A stretch of 64,000 nucleotides of DNA, taken from Patescibacteria group bacterium (GTDB taxonomy: Bacteria; Patescibacteriota; Minisyncoccia; UBA6257; GWB1-50-10). Of the stretch, positions 17,646 through 27,447 are shown piece after piece. The translations under genes and the position numbers were made by a program. Under the pieces are notes generated by a model, which did no database searches, was not told the origin of the DNA, and saw only the letters and a list, made by a program, of their open reading frames with translations. The number at the start of each line of letters is the position of its first letter. Position 1 is the first letter of the stretch. The stretch lies in assembly GCA_038065455.1 (NCBI GenBank), contig JBBTQX010000002.1, positions 6,779 to 70,778 on the forward strand, given 5' to 3'.

Positions 17646-19491
17646 TGATTCGGTTATTATAGTACCACAAGAAAACGTCCCTAGCCACCGGCACGACGTT
17701 CAAACTGCCTTCCCGCGCATTTTCCACGAGTATTAAAATGGCGATTTTGGGGTCGTCATAAGGAGCGAAGCCGACGAAAAACGCGTTGGTCTTCGTGTTG
17801 TTCGAAACCTGGGCCGAGCCGGTTTTGGCGGCGACCGGAATCGGCAAGTCATGCAGAAGATAGGAAGTGCCGTAATCCCGAATCACGCCTTCGCGCATCC
17901 CCTTCCTCACTTCCGCGAGCGCCGGACCGATCTCGGCCGAAAGGTCGCGGAGAATCGCCGCCTCGTTCTTCAAAATCGTCTCGCCTTTGATATTTTTTAT
18001 TTCATTCATCACGCGCGGCTTGTTCAGCTTGCCGCCATTTGCAACTGCATTTATGTAATTCAGAAGTTCGATGGGCGTCACCGAAAAATCGCCCTGGCCA
18101 ATCGAGACGTTGAAAGTATCTCCCAAGCGCCATGGCTCGCCTTTTACTCTTTCTTTCCATGCTGGATCCGGCAAGAAACCAGCATCCTCCCCCGTTAAAT
18201 CTATATTCGTCTTTTCGTCGAGACCGAAATTATGCCACCACTTTTTCAATCTTTCTATTCCCAAGCCTTTCTGGTCTCCGAAACCGCCGCCCACGGAATA
18301 GAAATAGACATTCGAGGAACGAGCCAGAGCCGAATATAAATCCACCCAACCCTGCGGCCGCCAATCCAAAAATCGGCTCGGATGCTCCGGGTTGTAGGGA
18401 TTCGGAACATCGAGATAGCCCGGCGAATAAATTTGATGTTTCGGATCCAAGATGCCTTCCGTAAGCGCCGCGGTTCCCACCAGGGGCTTAATGGTCGAAC
18501 CGGGATTGTAAATACCGGAAATCGCCCGATTAAAGAGCGGCTGATTGGCAGAGGTAAGATACTTTCCTATTTTATTCGAATCGAACGAAGGAATATTCAC
18601 AAGAGAAAGAACTTCGCCGTTCCGCGGGTCCATCGCTATCGCAAGGCCGGTATCCCGGCCCAAATCGCGAAGCGCTTGGCTCAAGCGGTCGTAGATATAT
18701 GTCTGGAGATCCCGATCAATAAAAGATGTAAGATTGTTGCCTGGAATCGGCTCCTGAACCGTTCTTTCTTTTTCGGTTCCGCCCACTGCGTTCGTGAGCG
18801 CAACCTTCTCACCGCTCGTTCCCCGAAGATATCCGTCGTAAAAAGCCTCGAGACCATTCCGCCCGACCTGGTCGTCGATATGCAACTCCGAATCTTTCTT
18901 CATATCACTCTTGTTTGCCAAACCAGTATAGCCGACTACGTGGGAAAATTTGAAAAGCGGCGTTTGAACGCGCCGGAACGACGGGTCTATCTCCAAGCCC
19001 GGAAGATTCGCGGCGGAGAGGGATACTAATTCATCGTGATCAAGATCGGGTTTCAAAAGAAATCGGTCGGTCAAATTCCAGTCCCGTTCCTCGAGAGCTC
19101 CAAGCACCTCGTTCTCATATAAACCCAAAGTATTCAAAACATCTCCAATTGCCATTCGCCTTTCCGCAGAAGTTTTCGGAAGAGATTTCGGAACGAGATA
19201 GGCATCGAAAGCGGGCTCGTTTTCGACCATAGCCTTTCCGAAACGGTCGTAGATAATCCCCCGCGGAGCGGGCTCCGTTTTTATATCGCTCATATTCGCC
19301 GTAGCGCGCCGGGAATAGGGTTCATGATTCAAGACCGCCAAGTTCACAAATTGGGCGAAGACGGCAAGAAAAACCAGCGCGACCAAGATGATGAAATTCC
19401 TGAAAACCCGGTCCGTGAGAGGAATTTCCAAAAGGTCTTCCTCGACCGTTCGGTCGGTCAGAATGTCTTCCAGATTAAGCTCGGGATTCAT
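17638..19491 (-). CDS. mrdA: penicillin-binding protein 2 / FtsI-type peptidoglycan transpeptidase
   Basis: SxxK (STIKP), SxN and KTG transpeptidase motifs; follows mreBCD. Confidence 0.85.
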   Translation of the reverse strand: MNPELNLEDILTDRTVEEDLLEIPLTDRVFRNFIILVALVFLAVFAQFVNLAVLNHEPYSRRATANMSDIKTEPAPRGIIYDRFGKAMVENEPAFDAYLVPKSLPKTSAERRMAIGDVLNTLGLYENEVLGALEERDWNLTDRFLLKPDLDHDELVSLSAANLPGLEIDPSFRRVQTPLFKFSHVVGYTGLANKSDMKKDSELHIDDQVGRNGLEAFYDGYLRGTSGEKVALTNAVGGTEKERTVQEPIPGNNLTSFIDRDLQTYIYDRLSQALRDLGRDTGLAIAMDPRNGEVLSLVNIPSFDSNKIGKYLTSANQPLFNRAISGIYNPGSTIKPLVGTAALTEGILDPKHQIYSPGYLDVPNPYNPEHPSRFLDWRPQGWVDLYSALARSSNVYFYSVGGGFGDQKGLGIERLKKWWHNFGLDEKTNIDLTGEDAGFLPDPAWKERVKGEPWRLGDTFNVSIGQGDFSVTPIELLNYINAVANGGKLNKPRVMNEIKNIKGETILKNEAAILRDLSAEIGPALAEVRKGMREGVIRDYGTSYLLHDLPIPVAAKTGSAQVSNNTKTNAFFVGFAPYDDPKIAILILVENAREGSLNVVPVARDVFLWYYNNRING

Positions 19492-19612
19492 CCCGTTAGA
19501 AACAGGATGCGCTTAACAAGCACATCCGTCTAGATTCAAACGACTTTATTATTGCAATGTTCCCCTGTATTGTTTCCATGATATTTCTGAATTTGCCCGT
19601 TTCTAACGGGAT
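19490..19612. mobile_element. G-family MITE copy A (TIR ATCCCGTTAGAAACA / GTTTCTAACGGGAT)
   Basis: 13-15 bp TIR shared with the GIY-YIG element; flanks GGGATTCAT|..|ATTCATG (direct repeat ATTCAT). The left flank supplies the pbp2 ATG; the right TIR supplies the mreD stop. Confidence 0.75.
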
Positions 19613-20097
19613 TCATGAAGATAACCGTATTTTCCAAAAAAATTCAAACAAAGCCAAAAAATCGAACCCAAAACCAGATTATAAACGACTTCGCCAAAAA
19701 CAAAACCGCCGGCAAAAACACTGCCGGCCGTAAATTTGAGCGCTCCGTAAAATATTACTGTTCCCAAGCCGACGGCCAAAAGAAAATCTTGGAAGGACCG
19801 GCCCGTGAAGAAGTTTCGCAGGAAGAAGATTGCAAGAATTATCAAAAGGAGTATGGCCCAAGGCAACATCCAAAAATCGGACAAAATCAAAGTTACCGCA
19901 AAAGCAAAAAACAGCAGAATATATAAAAAACCCGGCTTTATCCGTTTCTTGAAATAAGGTTCGAGAAGCAAGCCAGAGAAAAATATGAGCGCCAGATTGG
20001 GATTGATTCCGCCTAAACTCAAAATTCGGGTCATTCCCAAAAAAATCAAAAGTCCCAGGAAAAGGAGTACAAAAACGAAACGGAACAAATCTCCCAT
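19603..20097 (-). CDS. mreD: rod shape-determining protein MreD (probable)
   Basis: Small polytopic membrane protein between mreC and pbp2. Its last four codons and stop lie inside MITE A. Confidence 0.55.
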   Translation of the reverse strand: MGDLFRFVFVLLFLGLLIFLGMTRILSLGGINPNLALIFFSGLLLEPYFKKRIKPGFLYILLFFAFAVTLILSDFWMLPWAILLLIILAIFFLRNFFTGRSFQDFLLAVGLGTVIFYGALKFTAGSVFAGGFVFGEVVYNLVLGSIFWLCLNFFGKYGYLHESR

Positions 20098-20102
20098 CGG
20101 CC

Positions 20103-20798
20103 TTACGGAAAATCCGTGATTACCAGGACCTTTTTGAGATTTTCGAAGCTAATGGGCGGCTCCAGCTTCACTCGCGACCAAATGCCATTCTCCCCGTCGC
20201 TTCGGCCTATGACTTTTCCGATATTCAGATTAAGGGGAGAATCTTTGGCGAGATTGAAAACCGCGTCGTTCATCTTCACGACCGCGTCTTTGGGCACCAA
20301 ATCCAGATAAGGCGCGGGGCCGCCCACGAGAAGCGCTTTTATTCTATCCGGCCCGAAAGCCGCCGCACTCCGCCAATTCGGGTCGAAAATCGTTGCCGCT
20401 TCGCTCTGGGTTTTTTTCACTTCTTTTATCCTCCCGATTAGGATTCCTTCGGCAGCCAAGACCGGCATGCCGATTTTCAAGCCGTCATCGGCGCCGGCAT
20501 TTATCACGATTGAGCCGTAATTATTGAAGGGGTAATCTGAAAAAACTCCGGCAATTTTGTAGCGGTATTCGCCGCTCAAAGGCGTTTCCTCTTTCGCGCC
20601 CGCGGAAATCTGGGCCAAAAGACCGTTCTGAATTTTCAGATTCTGCCAATTCTCATAGTTGAATTCGGGATCGGCGGCGCCAAAAACGACAACGCGGATA
20701 TTCCGGAAAAAACCGACGAGGGGCTGTCTGAAAAGAAAAATGGCTCCGACGAGCCCGGCAAAAACCATTCCCAATACCAGGATGCGGAACGACTTCAT
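20103..20798 (-). CDS. mreC: rod shape-determining protein MreC
   Basis: N-terminal TM helix, coiled coil, beta domains; operon position. Confidence 0.7.
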   Translation of the reverse strand: MKSFRILVLGMVFAGLVGAIFLFRQPLVGFFRNIRVVVFGAADPEFNYENWQNLKIQNGLLAQISAGAKEETPLSGEYRYKIAGVFSDYPFNNYGSIVINAGADDGLKIGMPVLAAEGILIGRIKEVKKTQSEAATIFDPNWRSAAAFGPDRIKALLVGGPAPYLDLVPKDAVVKMNDAVFNLAKDSPLNLNIGKVIGRSDGENGIWSRVKLEPPISFENLKKVLVITDFP

Positions 20799-21823
20799 AG
20801 ATTGATTATCTTTGAGTTCGAAAAATTATCCAAAAGATTCCGATAAGCGCCGATGTTTTCGCTCATAAGCCCCGTGCCGCGCGAAACGCAGAGAATGGGT
20901 TCGTCCGCCAGATGCACTTCGACGCCGATTTCTTTTTTTATGACTTGGTCTATGCCCCGAAGCAGGCTTCCGCCTCCGCAAAGATAAATGCCGTTCTTGA
21001 AAACGTCTCCAGTCAGTTCCGGCGGCGTCTCGTCAATCAGCTCCTTCAGCGACTCCACCATCATCTTTACCGGCTTCGCCAGCCAATAGCGCACTTGGGT
21101 GTCTTTAATAGCCGCTTCCCGTGGCAGGCCACTCGCCGCGTCCCGTCCGCGAATCATAATTTCCAAATGCTCGGTTTGGGGTATCGCCGCTCCAACCGCT
21201 ATTTTTATTTCTTCGGCCGTCGGTTCGCCGATATGTAATTTCATTTCTTCCTTCACCCCTTTCAATATTTCTTGATTCAAATAATCTCCGGCCACTTTGA
21301 GCCTGCGCGAAATAACGATGCCGTTCATCGAGATGATGGCGATGCCCGTCGTACCCGCCCCAATGTCCACGATAAGATGGGCCGTCGGTTGATTAATATC
21401 CAATTGATTCCCCAGGGCCGCGGCGACCGGCTGTTCCACCAAGTGCACCCGACTTACCCCGACTTCCTTCAAGAGGTCTTCCACCGACTTTCTTTCCACC
21501 TCCGTCAGGTTGGTCGGCACGCTTACGATGGTCTCGGTGAACCAGGACCAGGGCAATTTCTTGTTTTTCAAAATGTGCTGAATCATTTCTTTGGCCATGT
21601 CGAAATCGCCGATGACGCCGTTCACCATCGGCCGCAAAGCCGTCACGTGGGTCGGCGTACGCGAGAGCATCCGCTTGGCTTCGGTGCCCACGGCCACCAC
21701 CCGATTCGTGCGGTTGTTGAATGCCACAATCGACGGTTCGCTCAGAATTATTCCCGTGCCTTTCAAATAGACGCGGGTCGCGTCCGTTCCCAAATCTATG
21801 CCGATGATTTTTTTGAAGATCAT
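20795..21823 (-). CDS. mreB: rod shape-determining protein MreB (actin homolog)
   Basis: IGIDLGT, DIGAGTT and actin-fold phosphate loops. Confidence 0.9.
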   Translation of the reverse strand: MIFKKIIGIDLGTDATRVYLKGTGIILSEPSIVAFNNRTNRVVAVGTEAKRMLSRTPTHVTALRPMVNGVIGDFDMAKEMIQHILKNKKLPWSWFTETIVSVPTNLTEVERKSVEDLLKEVGVSRVHLVEQPVAAALGNQLDINQPTAHLIVDIGAGTTGIAIISMNGIVISRRLKVAGDYLNQEILKGVKEEMKLHIGEPTAEEIKIAVGAAIPQTEHLEIMIRGRDAASGLPREAAIKDTQVRYWLAKPVKMMVESLKELIDETPPELTGDVFKNGIYLCGGGSLLRGIDQVIKKEIGVEVHLADEPILCVSRGTGLMSENIGAYRNLLDNFSNSKIINL

Positions 21824-21826
21824 AAA

Positions 21827-23080
21827 TTAGCTTTTTATTTCTCTGATAAAATCTTGAACTTTTACCAATTTTGTTTCTTTACTGTTTCTTTTCTTTACTT
21901 CAATTTTATCCTGAACCATTGTCTTCTCGCTCACGACGACTCTCCACGGCAAGCCGATAAGGTCGGCATCGAAGAATTTTTCGCCGGCCGAAAGTCCGGC
22001 CCGATCGTCGAAAAGCGGCTCTACACCCTCTTTCACGAGCTGATTATAAACTAGGGCGCCGAACTTTTGAAGCTCGGTGGTACTTTCGCCGATTTGGAGA
22101 AGATGGGCCGGAAACGGGGCGGCTTCTTCGGGCCATAATATCCCCTTTTCGTCGTGATGAACCTCGACAATCGCGCCCATCAACCTATCCACGCCGATGC
22201 CATAACAGCCCATCACGACGGGCAAAACTTCACCCTTCTTATTCTTGAAGGTCAGCCCGACGGGCTCCGAAAACTTGGTGCCCAGTTTGAAAATATTCCC
22301 CACCTCGATGCCTTTCACTTTTTCGAGCACGCCCGCTCCGCATTTTGGACAGCTTTCTTCCGCTTTCAACTCCGCGATTTCCTTGTTACGCGCGAAACCG
22401 CAAAGCCGGCAAAGCAGTATCTCATCCTCGCCCGCCTCGCTTTCCACCATGAATTCATGGGAAATATTCTTCGTAAAATCTCCGCCGGAAGCCTCCGTCA
22501 CGTATGCCTTCAATCCGAGCCGGCTGAAAACCTTCAAGTAGGCTTTTCTGGCCTCATCGTAATATTCTTCGAGCGAAGTTTCGTTCTCGTGGAAGCTATA
22601 AAGGTCTTTCATTATGAATTGCCGCCCGCGGATGAGGCCGGATTTGGCGCGAGGCTCGTCGCGGAATTTCATCTGGATTTGGTAGACGGAAAGAGGCAAA
22701 TCGGCGTAGGAACTAATGATGGGCTTCGCGAGCGGAGTCACGATTTCCTCATGCGTGGGACCGAGGCCGAATTCGTGGCCGGCGCGGTCTTTGAACTGGT
22801 ACATTACCTTGGACATTCCCTCCCACCGGCCCGTCACGTCCCACGCCGATCGCGGATGGAGCGCGGGCATCAGTATCTCGCTCGCCCCGAGCGCGTTCAT
22901 TTCTTCGCGGATGACATTCTGGATTTTTTCGATTACCCGCCAGCCGAGCGGAAGAAATGAATAGGCGCCGGCCATCAATTTTTGGACAAAATTCGCCCGA
23001 ATCAGGAATTGGGCGTTCGCGGACGTTTCATCCTTGGGAAAATCTTTTTGGGTCTTGAAAAATAGATGCGATTGTCTCAC
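21827..23080 (-). CDS. proS: prolyl-tRNA synthetase (short form without editing insertion)
   Basis: QLFIRA/AGxY..LPLG N-terminus, class II motifs, C-terminal anticodon-binding domain. Confidence 0.8.
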   Translation of the reverse strand: MRQSHLFFKTQKDFPKDETSANAQFLIRANFVQKLMAGAYSFLPLGWRVIEKIQNVIREEMNALGASEILMPALHPRSAWDVTGRWEGMSKVMYQFKDRAGHEFGLGPTHEEIVTPLAKPIISSYADLPLSVYQIQMKFRDEPRAKSGLIRGRQFIMKDLYSFHENETSLEEYYDEARKAYLKVFSRLGLKAYVTEASGGDFTKNISHEFMVESEAGEDEILLCRLCGFARNKEIAELKAEESCPKCGAGVLEKVKGIEVGNIFKLGTKFSEPVGLTFKNKKGEVLPVVMGCYGIGVDRLMGAIVEVHHDEKGILWPEEAAPFPAHLLQIGESTTELQKFGALVYNQLVKEGVEPLFDDRAGLSAGEKFFDADLIGLPWRVVVSEKTMVQDKIEVKKRNSKETKLVKVQDFIREIKS

Positions 23081-23106
23081 ACAAAAATCTTACCAAGGAA
23101 AATGAA

Positions 23107-24075
23107 CTACTTCAACAGCGAGCCTTCAATGACGATTTCCAAAAGCTTCGGGAAGGAGATATTCAAAACTTTGGCGGCCTTTGGAAGCAGGCTGTTTTCG
23201 GTCATTCCCGGAATAGTATTGGTCTCGAGCATATAAAGCTTTCCTTTCGGGTCCAGGATAAAATCGCTTCGGGAAAAGCTCCGACAGCCCAATATCTTGT
23301 GGGCGAGAAGCGCCGTCCGCTTCACCATCTGCGTATGCGAATCCGGCAGATTAGCCGGTGTCATTTCCAAAGTCGCCGGATCGTATTTCGTCTTGTAATC
23401 GAAAAATTGGGCGCCGGCCGACACGATTTCGGTCGGCGGCAGGGCAAAAGCGGAACGGGGCATACCCGAATCCACGACGCCGCAAGTCAGCTCCCGGCCG
23501 GGAATGAATTCCTGAATAATGATTTCTTTGGATTCCTTGAAAGAAAGCTCCAGCGCTTGTTTCAAATCCTTCGCGTCTTTCTCGATTCTCACGCCCAGGC
23601 TAGAACCGCTCGCATTGGGCTTTATCACCCAAGGCTTTCCAAAAAGCGAAATGATTTTTTTCGCGACGCCATCCCGATCCTTGAACCATTCGTGTTTCGA
23701 TAAGTGGATGGTAGGCGGAACCGAAATTCCGGCGTCCCGGAAAAGGCGGAGCGAGAGCCATTTATTCATCCCGAGCGCGCTTGCCATCGCGTCCGAACCC
23801 GTATAGGGCATTCCCACGGAGTCCAGAATGGTCTGCACCGTGCCGTCCTCGCCGTAAGGGCCGTGCATCGCGATAAAAGCCAAATCGAAAAGCTTATTCA
23901 GTTCTTCGGGTTCCACGGGCCACTCCCCGCTCCGGCTTATCGTGAATTCTTTGGCTTCATATTTTTCCGGGTCGAGATTCAAAACAATATTCTTGCCGGT
24001 CGCGAGAGACACATCGTGTTCCGGCGAAGGCCCTCCGGTTAATACGGCAATTTTCTTTTTATTGTGTTTAGTCAT
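23107..24075 (-). CDS. ddl: D-alanine--D-alanine ligase
   Basis: IAVLTGG..E..VSL, HG..GEDG and ATP-grasp motifs. Confidence 0.85.
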   Translation of the reverse strand: MTKHNKKKIAVLTGGPSPEHDVSLATGKNIVLNLDPEKYEAKEFTISRSGEWPVEPEELNKLFDLAFIAMHGPYGEDGTVQTILDSVGMPYTGSDAMASALGMNKWLSLRLFRDAGISVPPTIHLSKHEWFKDRDGVAKKIISLFGKPWVIKPNASGSSLGVRIEKDAKDLKQALELSFKESKEIIIQEFIPGRELTCGVVDSGMPRSAFALPPTEIVSAGAQFFDYKTKYDPATLEMTPANLPDSHTQMVKRTALLAHKILGCRSFSRSDFILDPKGKLYMLETNTIPGMTENSLLPKAAKVLNISFPKLLEIVIEGSLLK

Positions 24076-24085
24076 GCCAGATAAT

Positions 24086-25111
24086 TTAAAAAAACCTTAC
24101 AACATCCTTTACGGTAATAAAAACCATAAGAAGGATCAATGCCGCGAAACCGGCGCCGTTCACCCATATCTGAAACTGCTTGGAGATGGGCCGGCGGATA
24201 ATCTTCTCGATTATGAGAAAGAGGAAGCGCCCGCCGTCCAAAGCCGGAAAAGGCAGAAGATTCAAAACGGCCAGATTAACCGAGATGAGCGCCAAAAGCT
24301 GGATAAGATAAATGAAACCCAAAGAGGTGGCTTGGGCCGCGATAAAGACGATTCCCACTGGCCCCGCGACATTCTCTATGGCCCGGGGCGCGGTGAAGAG
24401 CTGACCGAAAAACATAACCAGTCCCTCAATGACCATTTTGGATGTCTCCCAAACTCCGGTAAAGCCCGAAACAAAAGCGCTTGAAATCGGCTGGGCGACA
24501 AAACCCGTCTCCGTGATATTCACGCCGAGCGGACCCTGGCCTTCCGGCGGATTCAGCCGAGGCGCGATCTCGATATTCATTTTTTTGCTTCCCCGCTCGA
24601 TTCCGAGAATAATATTGGGAGCGCCTTTTACGGCTCCGGTAAAGTCCTGAGAAGATATCGGGTCGGCGAAATTCATATCCCCCGCTTTCAAATTCGATAC
24701 GACATCGCCTGCCAAAAGCCTCGCGGCCGAGGCCGGCGAACCCGGCGCCACTTCCAATATCATCAGATGTTGCGGCGCTCCAACCGCGAAAACAACGCTC
24801 AAGAGAAGCCAGCCAAGCAGAAGATTCATAAAAATCCCCGCTAGGATTACCGGGATCTTTTTTCGGGCCGGTTCGTCATTAAAACCACCCTTCTCCGAAC
24901 CATCCTCATTTTGAAGCCGCACGAAACCGCCGAAAGGCAGGAGATTCACGCTATAATCGGTTTCCCCAAATCTTTTTTTGAACAATCTCGGCGGAAAACC
25001 GATGCCGAATTCCTCCACCTTCATTCCCAGAAGCTTCGCGGTGATGAAATGGCCGAACTCGTGGATGAGAATAAGCGCCGCCAGGCCCAATATCACGACA
25101 ACAAAGGTCAT
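24086..25111 (-). CDS. rseP: RseP-like site-2 protease (M50 zinc metalloprotease)
   Basis: HEFGHF HExxH motif in TM1, PDZ-like region, LDGG motif. Confidence 0.8.
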   Translation of the reverse strand: MTFVVVILGLAALILIHEFGHFITAKLLGMKVEEFGIGFPPRLFKKRFGETDYSVNLLPFGGFVRLQNEDGSEKGGFNDEPARKKIPVILAGIFMNLLLGWLLLSVVFAVGAPQHLMILEVAPGSPASAARLLAGDVVSNLKAGDMNFADPISSQDFTGAVKGAPNIILGIERGSKKMNIEIAPRLNPPEGQGPLGVNITETGFVAQPISSAFVSGFTGVWETSKMVIEGLVMFFGQLFTAPRAIENVAGPVGIVFIAAQATSLGFIYLIQLLALISVNLAVLNLLPFPALDGGRFLFLIIEKIIRRPISKQFQIWVNGAGFAALILLMVFITVKDVVRFF

Positions 25112-25659
25112 TCGTTTATTTCTCTGATTTTATTTTCCAGGACTTTTTCCATATTTCCGTTCAACTCGTCCACTTCCTTCTGGATTTGTTCTTTCGTTTT
25201 AAACTTCCCATCCTCATCCAATTCCTTTCCGTCAAAAGCAGTTTGAACTTTTCTGTTGGTTTCATCTCGCAAATGGCGCATTTGGATTTTATGTTCTTCC
25301 ATCACTTTCTTGATGTGCTTTACGAGTTCATCTCGCCGTTCCTGACTCAATTCAGGCAAAAATATCCGGATAATCTGGCCGTCGATATTAGCCGAGAGAT
25401 TCAAAGTGGAAAGCTCGATTGCCTTGGCGACCGAAGGCACGGCGGCCTTGTCCCAAACCTGGATGACGATTTCCCGCGGCGGCTGAACGCTGATTGTTCC
25501 CAATTGCTTTATGGACGTCATTTGGTCGTAATAATTGGTCTTCAAATCTTCGACAATCGCCGCGTTCGGCCGCGTCGTGCGGACGGCGGCTAGAGCTTTT
25601 TTCAAGCTATCCAGAATCATTTGTCCCTTCGCCTCCAATTCGTTTAAAATTATTTCCAT
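25108..25659 (-). CDS. frr: ribosome recycling factor
   Basis: Characteristic RRF three-helix bundle sequence and size. Confidence 0.85.
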   Translation of the reverse strand: MEIILNELEAKGQMILDSLKKALAAVRTTRPNAAIVEDLKTNYYDQMTSIKQLGTISVQPPREIVIQVWDKAAVPSVAKAIELSTLNLSANIDGQIIRIFLPELSQERRDELVKHIKKVMEEHKIQMRHLRDETNRKVQTAFDGKELDEDGKFKTKEQIQKEVDELNGNMEKVLENKIREINE

Positions 25660-25660
25660 T

Positions 25661-26425
25661 TTATTTGTTTATTCTTTCTTCAATAGCCTTTTTCTGGAGA
25701 TTCATATTCAAATTATACCTTTTTACCGACATTTCTCTATCCAGAAGCCAAACCAGTATTTCCGCGTTCTTCTTCAGATTCGCCCGGCGCAATTCCAATA
25801 TCCTGTTTTCTAGTATTTTTTCGAGATTTTCTTCTTCCTTATCCGGCAAATCATCCAGAATTTCGAAAGCCAAACCCGGCCGGCCGAAAGACTGCCGGGT
25901 GATTTGTTCGGCTTTCTCTCCCCCGACTCCCCGCTCGTCTTTCAATATCCGGACGATTTCCGATTTCGGGAAGCGCGGAAAATAAATCTTAGTCAGGCGT
26001 GAAAGAAGCGGCGGCAAAAGAACATTCTCGTCGTGGGAAACGAATACAAGCAGTCCGTGGGTCGGCGGCTCTTCCACAACCTTCAAAAGCGCTCCCTGGG
26101 CCTCCGGCGTCAAATCCTCGGCATTATCTATGATCGCGAGCCGATAGTGCGATTTAAGAGGTTTCTGCCAAAGAAATCTTTTTGCCTCCAGAACCTTATC
26201 TATTCCCAAACTGTTTTTTTCCTCGTCCTTCACGACGAAGAGCGCGTCCAAAAGCGTCTCGGGCGTTATTTCGAATTTGCCCGTCTCGAGCGCATAAGCC
26301 AGAAGCTTCGCGAAAGAATATTTGCCGATTCCCCGGTCGCCGTAGAAAAGATACGGTTGGCCGAGCTTATCTTCCTTTATGAGTTTTTCGAAAGACTTTA
26401 TTTTTTCGTCGTATCCGAAAAGCAT
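25661..26425 (-). CDS. holB: DNA polymerase III delta-prime subunit-like AAA+ protein
   Basis: Degenerate Walker A (GDRGIGK), SRC-like motif, small clamp-loader size. Confidence 0.5.
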   Translation of the reverse strand: MLFGYDEKIKSFEKLIKEDKLGQPYLFYGDRGIGKYSFAKLLAYALETGKFEITPETLLDALFVVKDEEKNSLGIDKVLEAKRFLWQKPLKSHYRLAIIDNAEDLTPEAQGALLKVVEEPPTHGLLVFVSHDENVLLPPLLSRLTKIYFPRFPKSEIVRILKDERGVGGEKAEQITRQSFGRPGLAFEILDDLPDKEEENLEKILENRILELRRANLKKNAEILVWLLDREMSVKRYNLNMNLQKKAIEERINK

Positions 26426-26429
26426 ACGG

Positions 26430-27437
26430 TTAACGTTTATTCAAAAGAGTTCTCTTATAAACGTCCAAGTGATTCAAAATTATGGCCGTCCCCTTCGCCA
26501 CGCAAAGAATCGGGTCTTCGGCCGTGTAGGCCGACACGCCGAGCGAGCGCTTGATGAATTCTTCAAGGTCGCGTACCTGCGAACTCCCGCCCGAAAGAAT
26601 GATGCCTTTTTCCATTATATCGGCGGCGAGCTCCGGCGGCGTCACATTGAAAACAGACTGCACCGCGCCCATTATTTCCACCAAATGCGGATTGATAGCT
26701 TCGGCGATTTCGTTGGAATTGATAATGAGGTCTTTAGGCAAACCGGAGGCCAAGTCGCGCCCGCGGATTTTCATTTCTGTTTTTGTTCGATTTGGCAGCG
26801 CCGTGCCTATCGTTATTTTTATCGTCTCCGCCGTCGTTTCGCCGATCGCGAGACCATATTTTTTCTTGATGTATTCGGAGATAGATTGGTCGAAGCGATT
26901 GCCGGCGACGCGCAAACTTGCCCAAGTCACGATGCCGCCAAGGGAAATTACGGCCACCTCGGTCGTTCCTCCGCCGATATTCACCACCATATTACCTTCG
27001 GCCGAATGGATGGGAATGCCAGCACCCAAGGCCGCCAAAATCGGCTCTTTGACCAGATAAACCTCCTTCGCGCCTGATTCCTTAGCCGCGTTCATCACGG
27101 CCCGGTATTCGGTGGAGGTAATGCCGGCCGGCACCGAAATGACCACCTCCGGCCGAAAAATGTTGAAAGCGCCTATGCTTTTCGATATAAAATAGCGAAG
27201 CATCGCTTGGGTGATATAATAATCGGCGATGACGCCGTCCTTCAAAGGCTTATAGGTGACGATATTATCGGGCGTGCGCCCCACCATTTCTTTCGCCTCC
27301 GCCCCCACGGCCAAGACTCCGTTGTCGGGCTTCCGCAAAGCGACGACCGTCGGTTCGTTGATGACGATGCCCCGGTTCGGCAAAAAGACCAAAGTATTGG
27401 TCGTCCCCAAATCGATTCCTATTTTTCGGATAAACAT
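26430..27437 (-). CDS. second MreB/Mbl-like actin homolog
   Basis: IGIDLGTTNT, NIGGGTTE; paralog of the mreB at 20795-21823. Confidence 0.8.
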   Translation of the reverse strand: MFIRKIGIDLGTTNTLVFLPNRGIVINEPTVVALRKPDNGVLAVGAEAKEMVGRTPDNIVTYKPLKDGVIADYYITQAMLRYFISKSIGAFNIFRPEVVISVPAGITSTEYRAVMNAAKESGAKEVYLVKEPILAALGAGIPIHSAEGNMVVNIGGGTTEVAVISLGGIVTWASLRVAGNRFDQSISEYIKKKYGLAIGETTAETIKITIGTALPNRTKTEMKIRGRDLASGLPKDLIINSNEIAEAINPHLVEIMGAVQSVFNVTPPELAADIMEKGIILSGGSSQVRDLEEFIKRSLGVSAYTAEDPILCVAKGTAIILNHLDVYKRTLLNKR

Positions 27438-27447
27438 GATTAAAAAA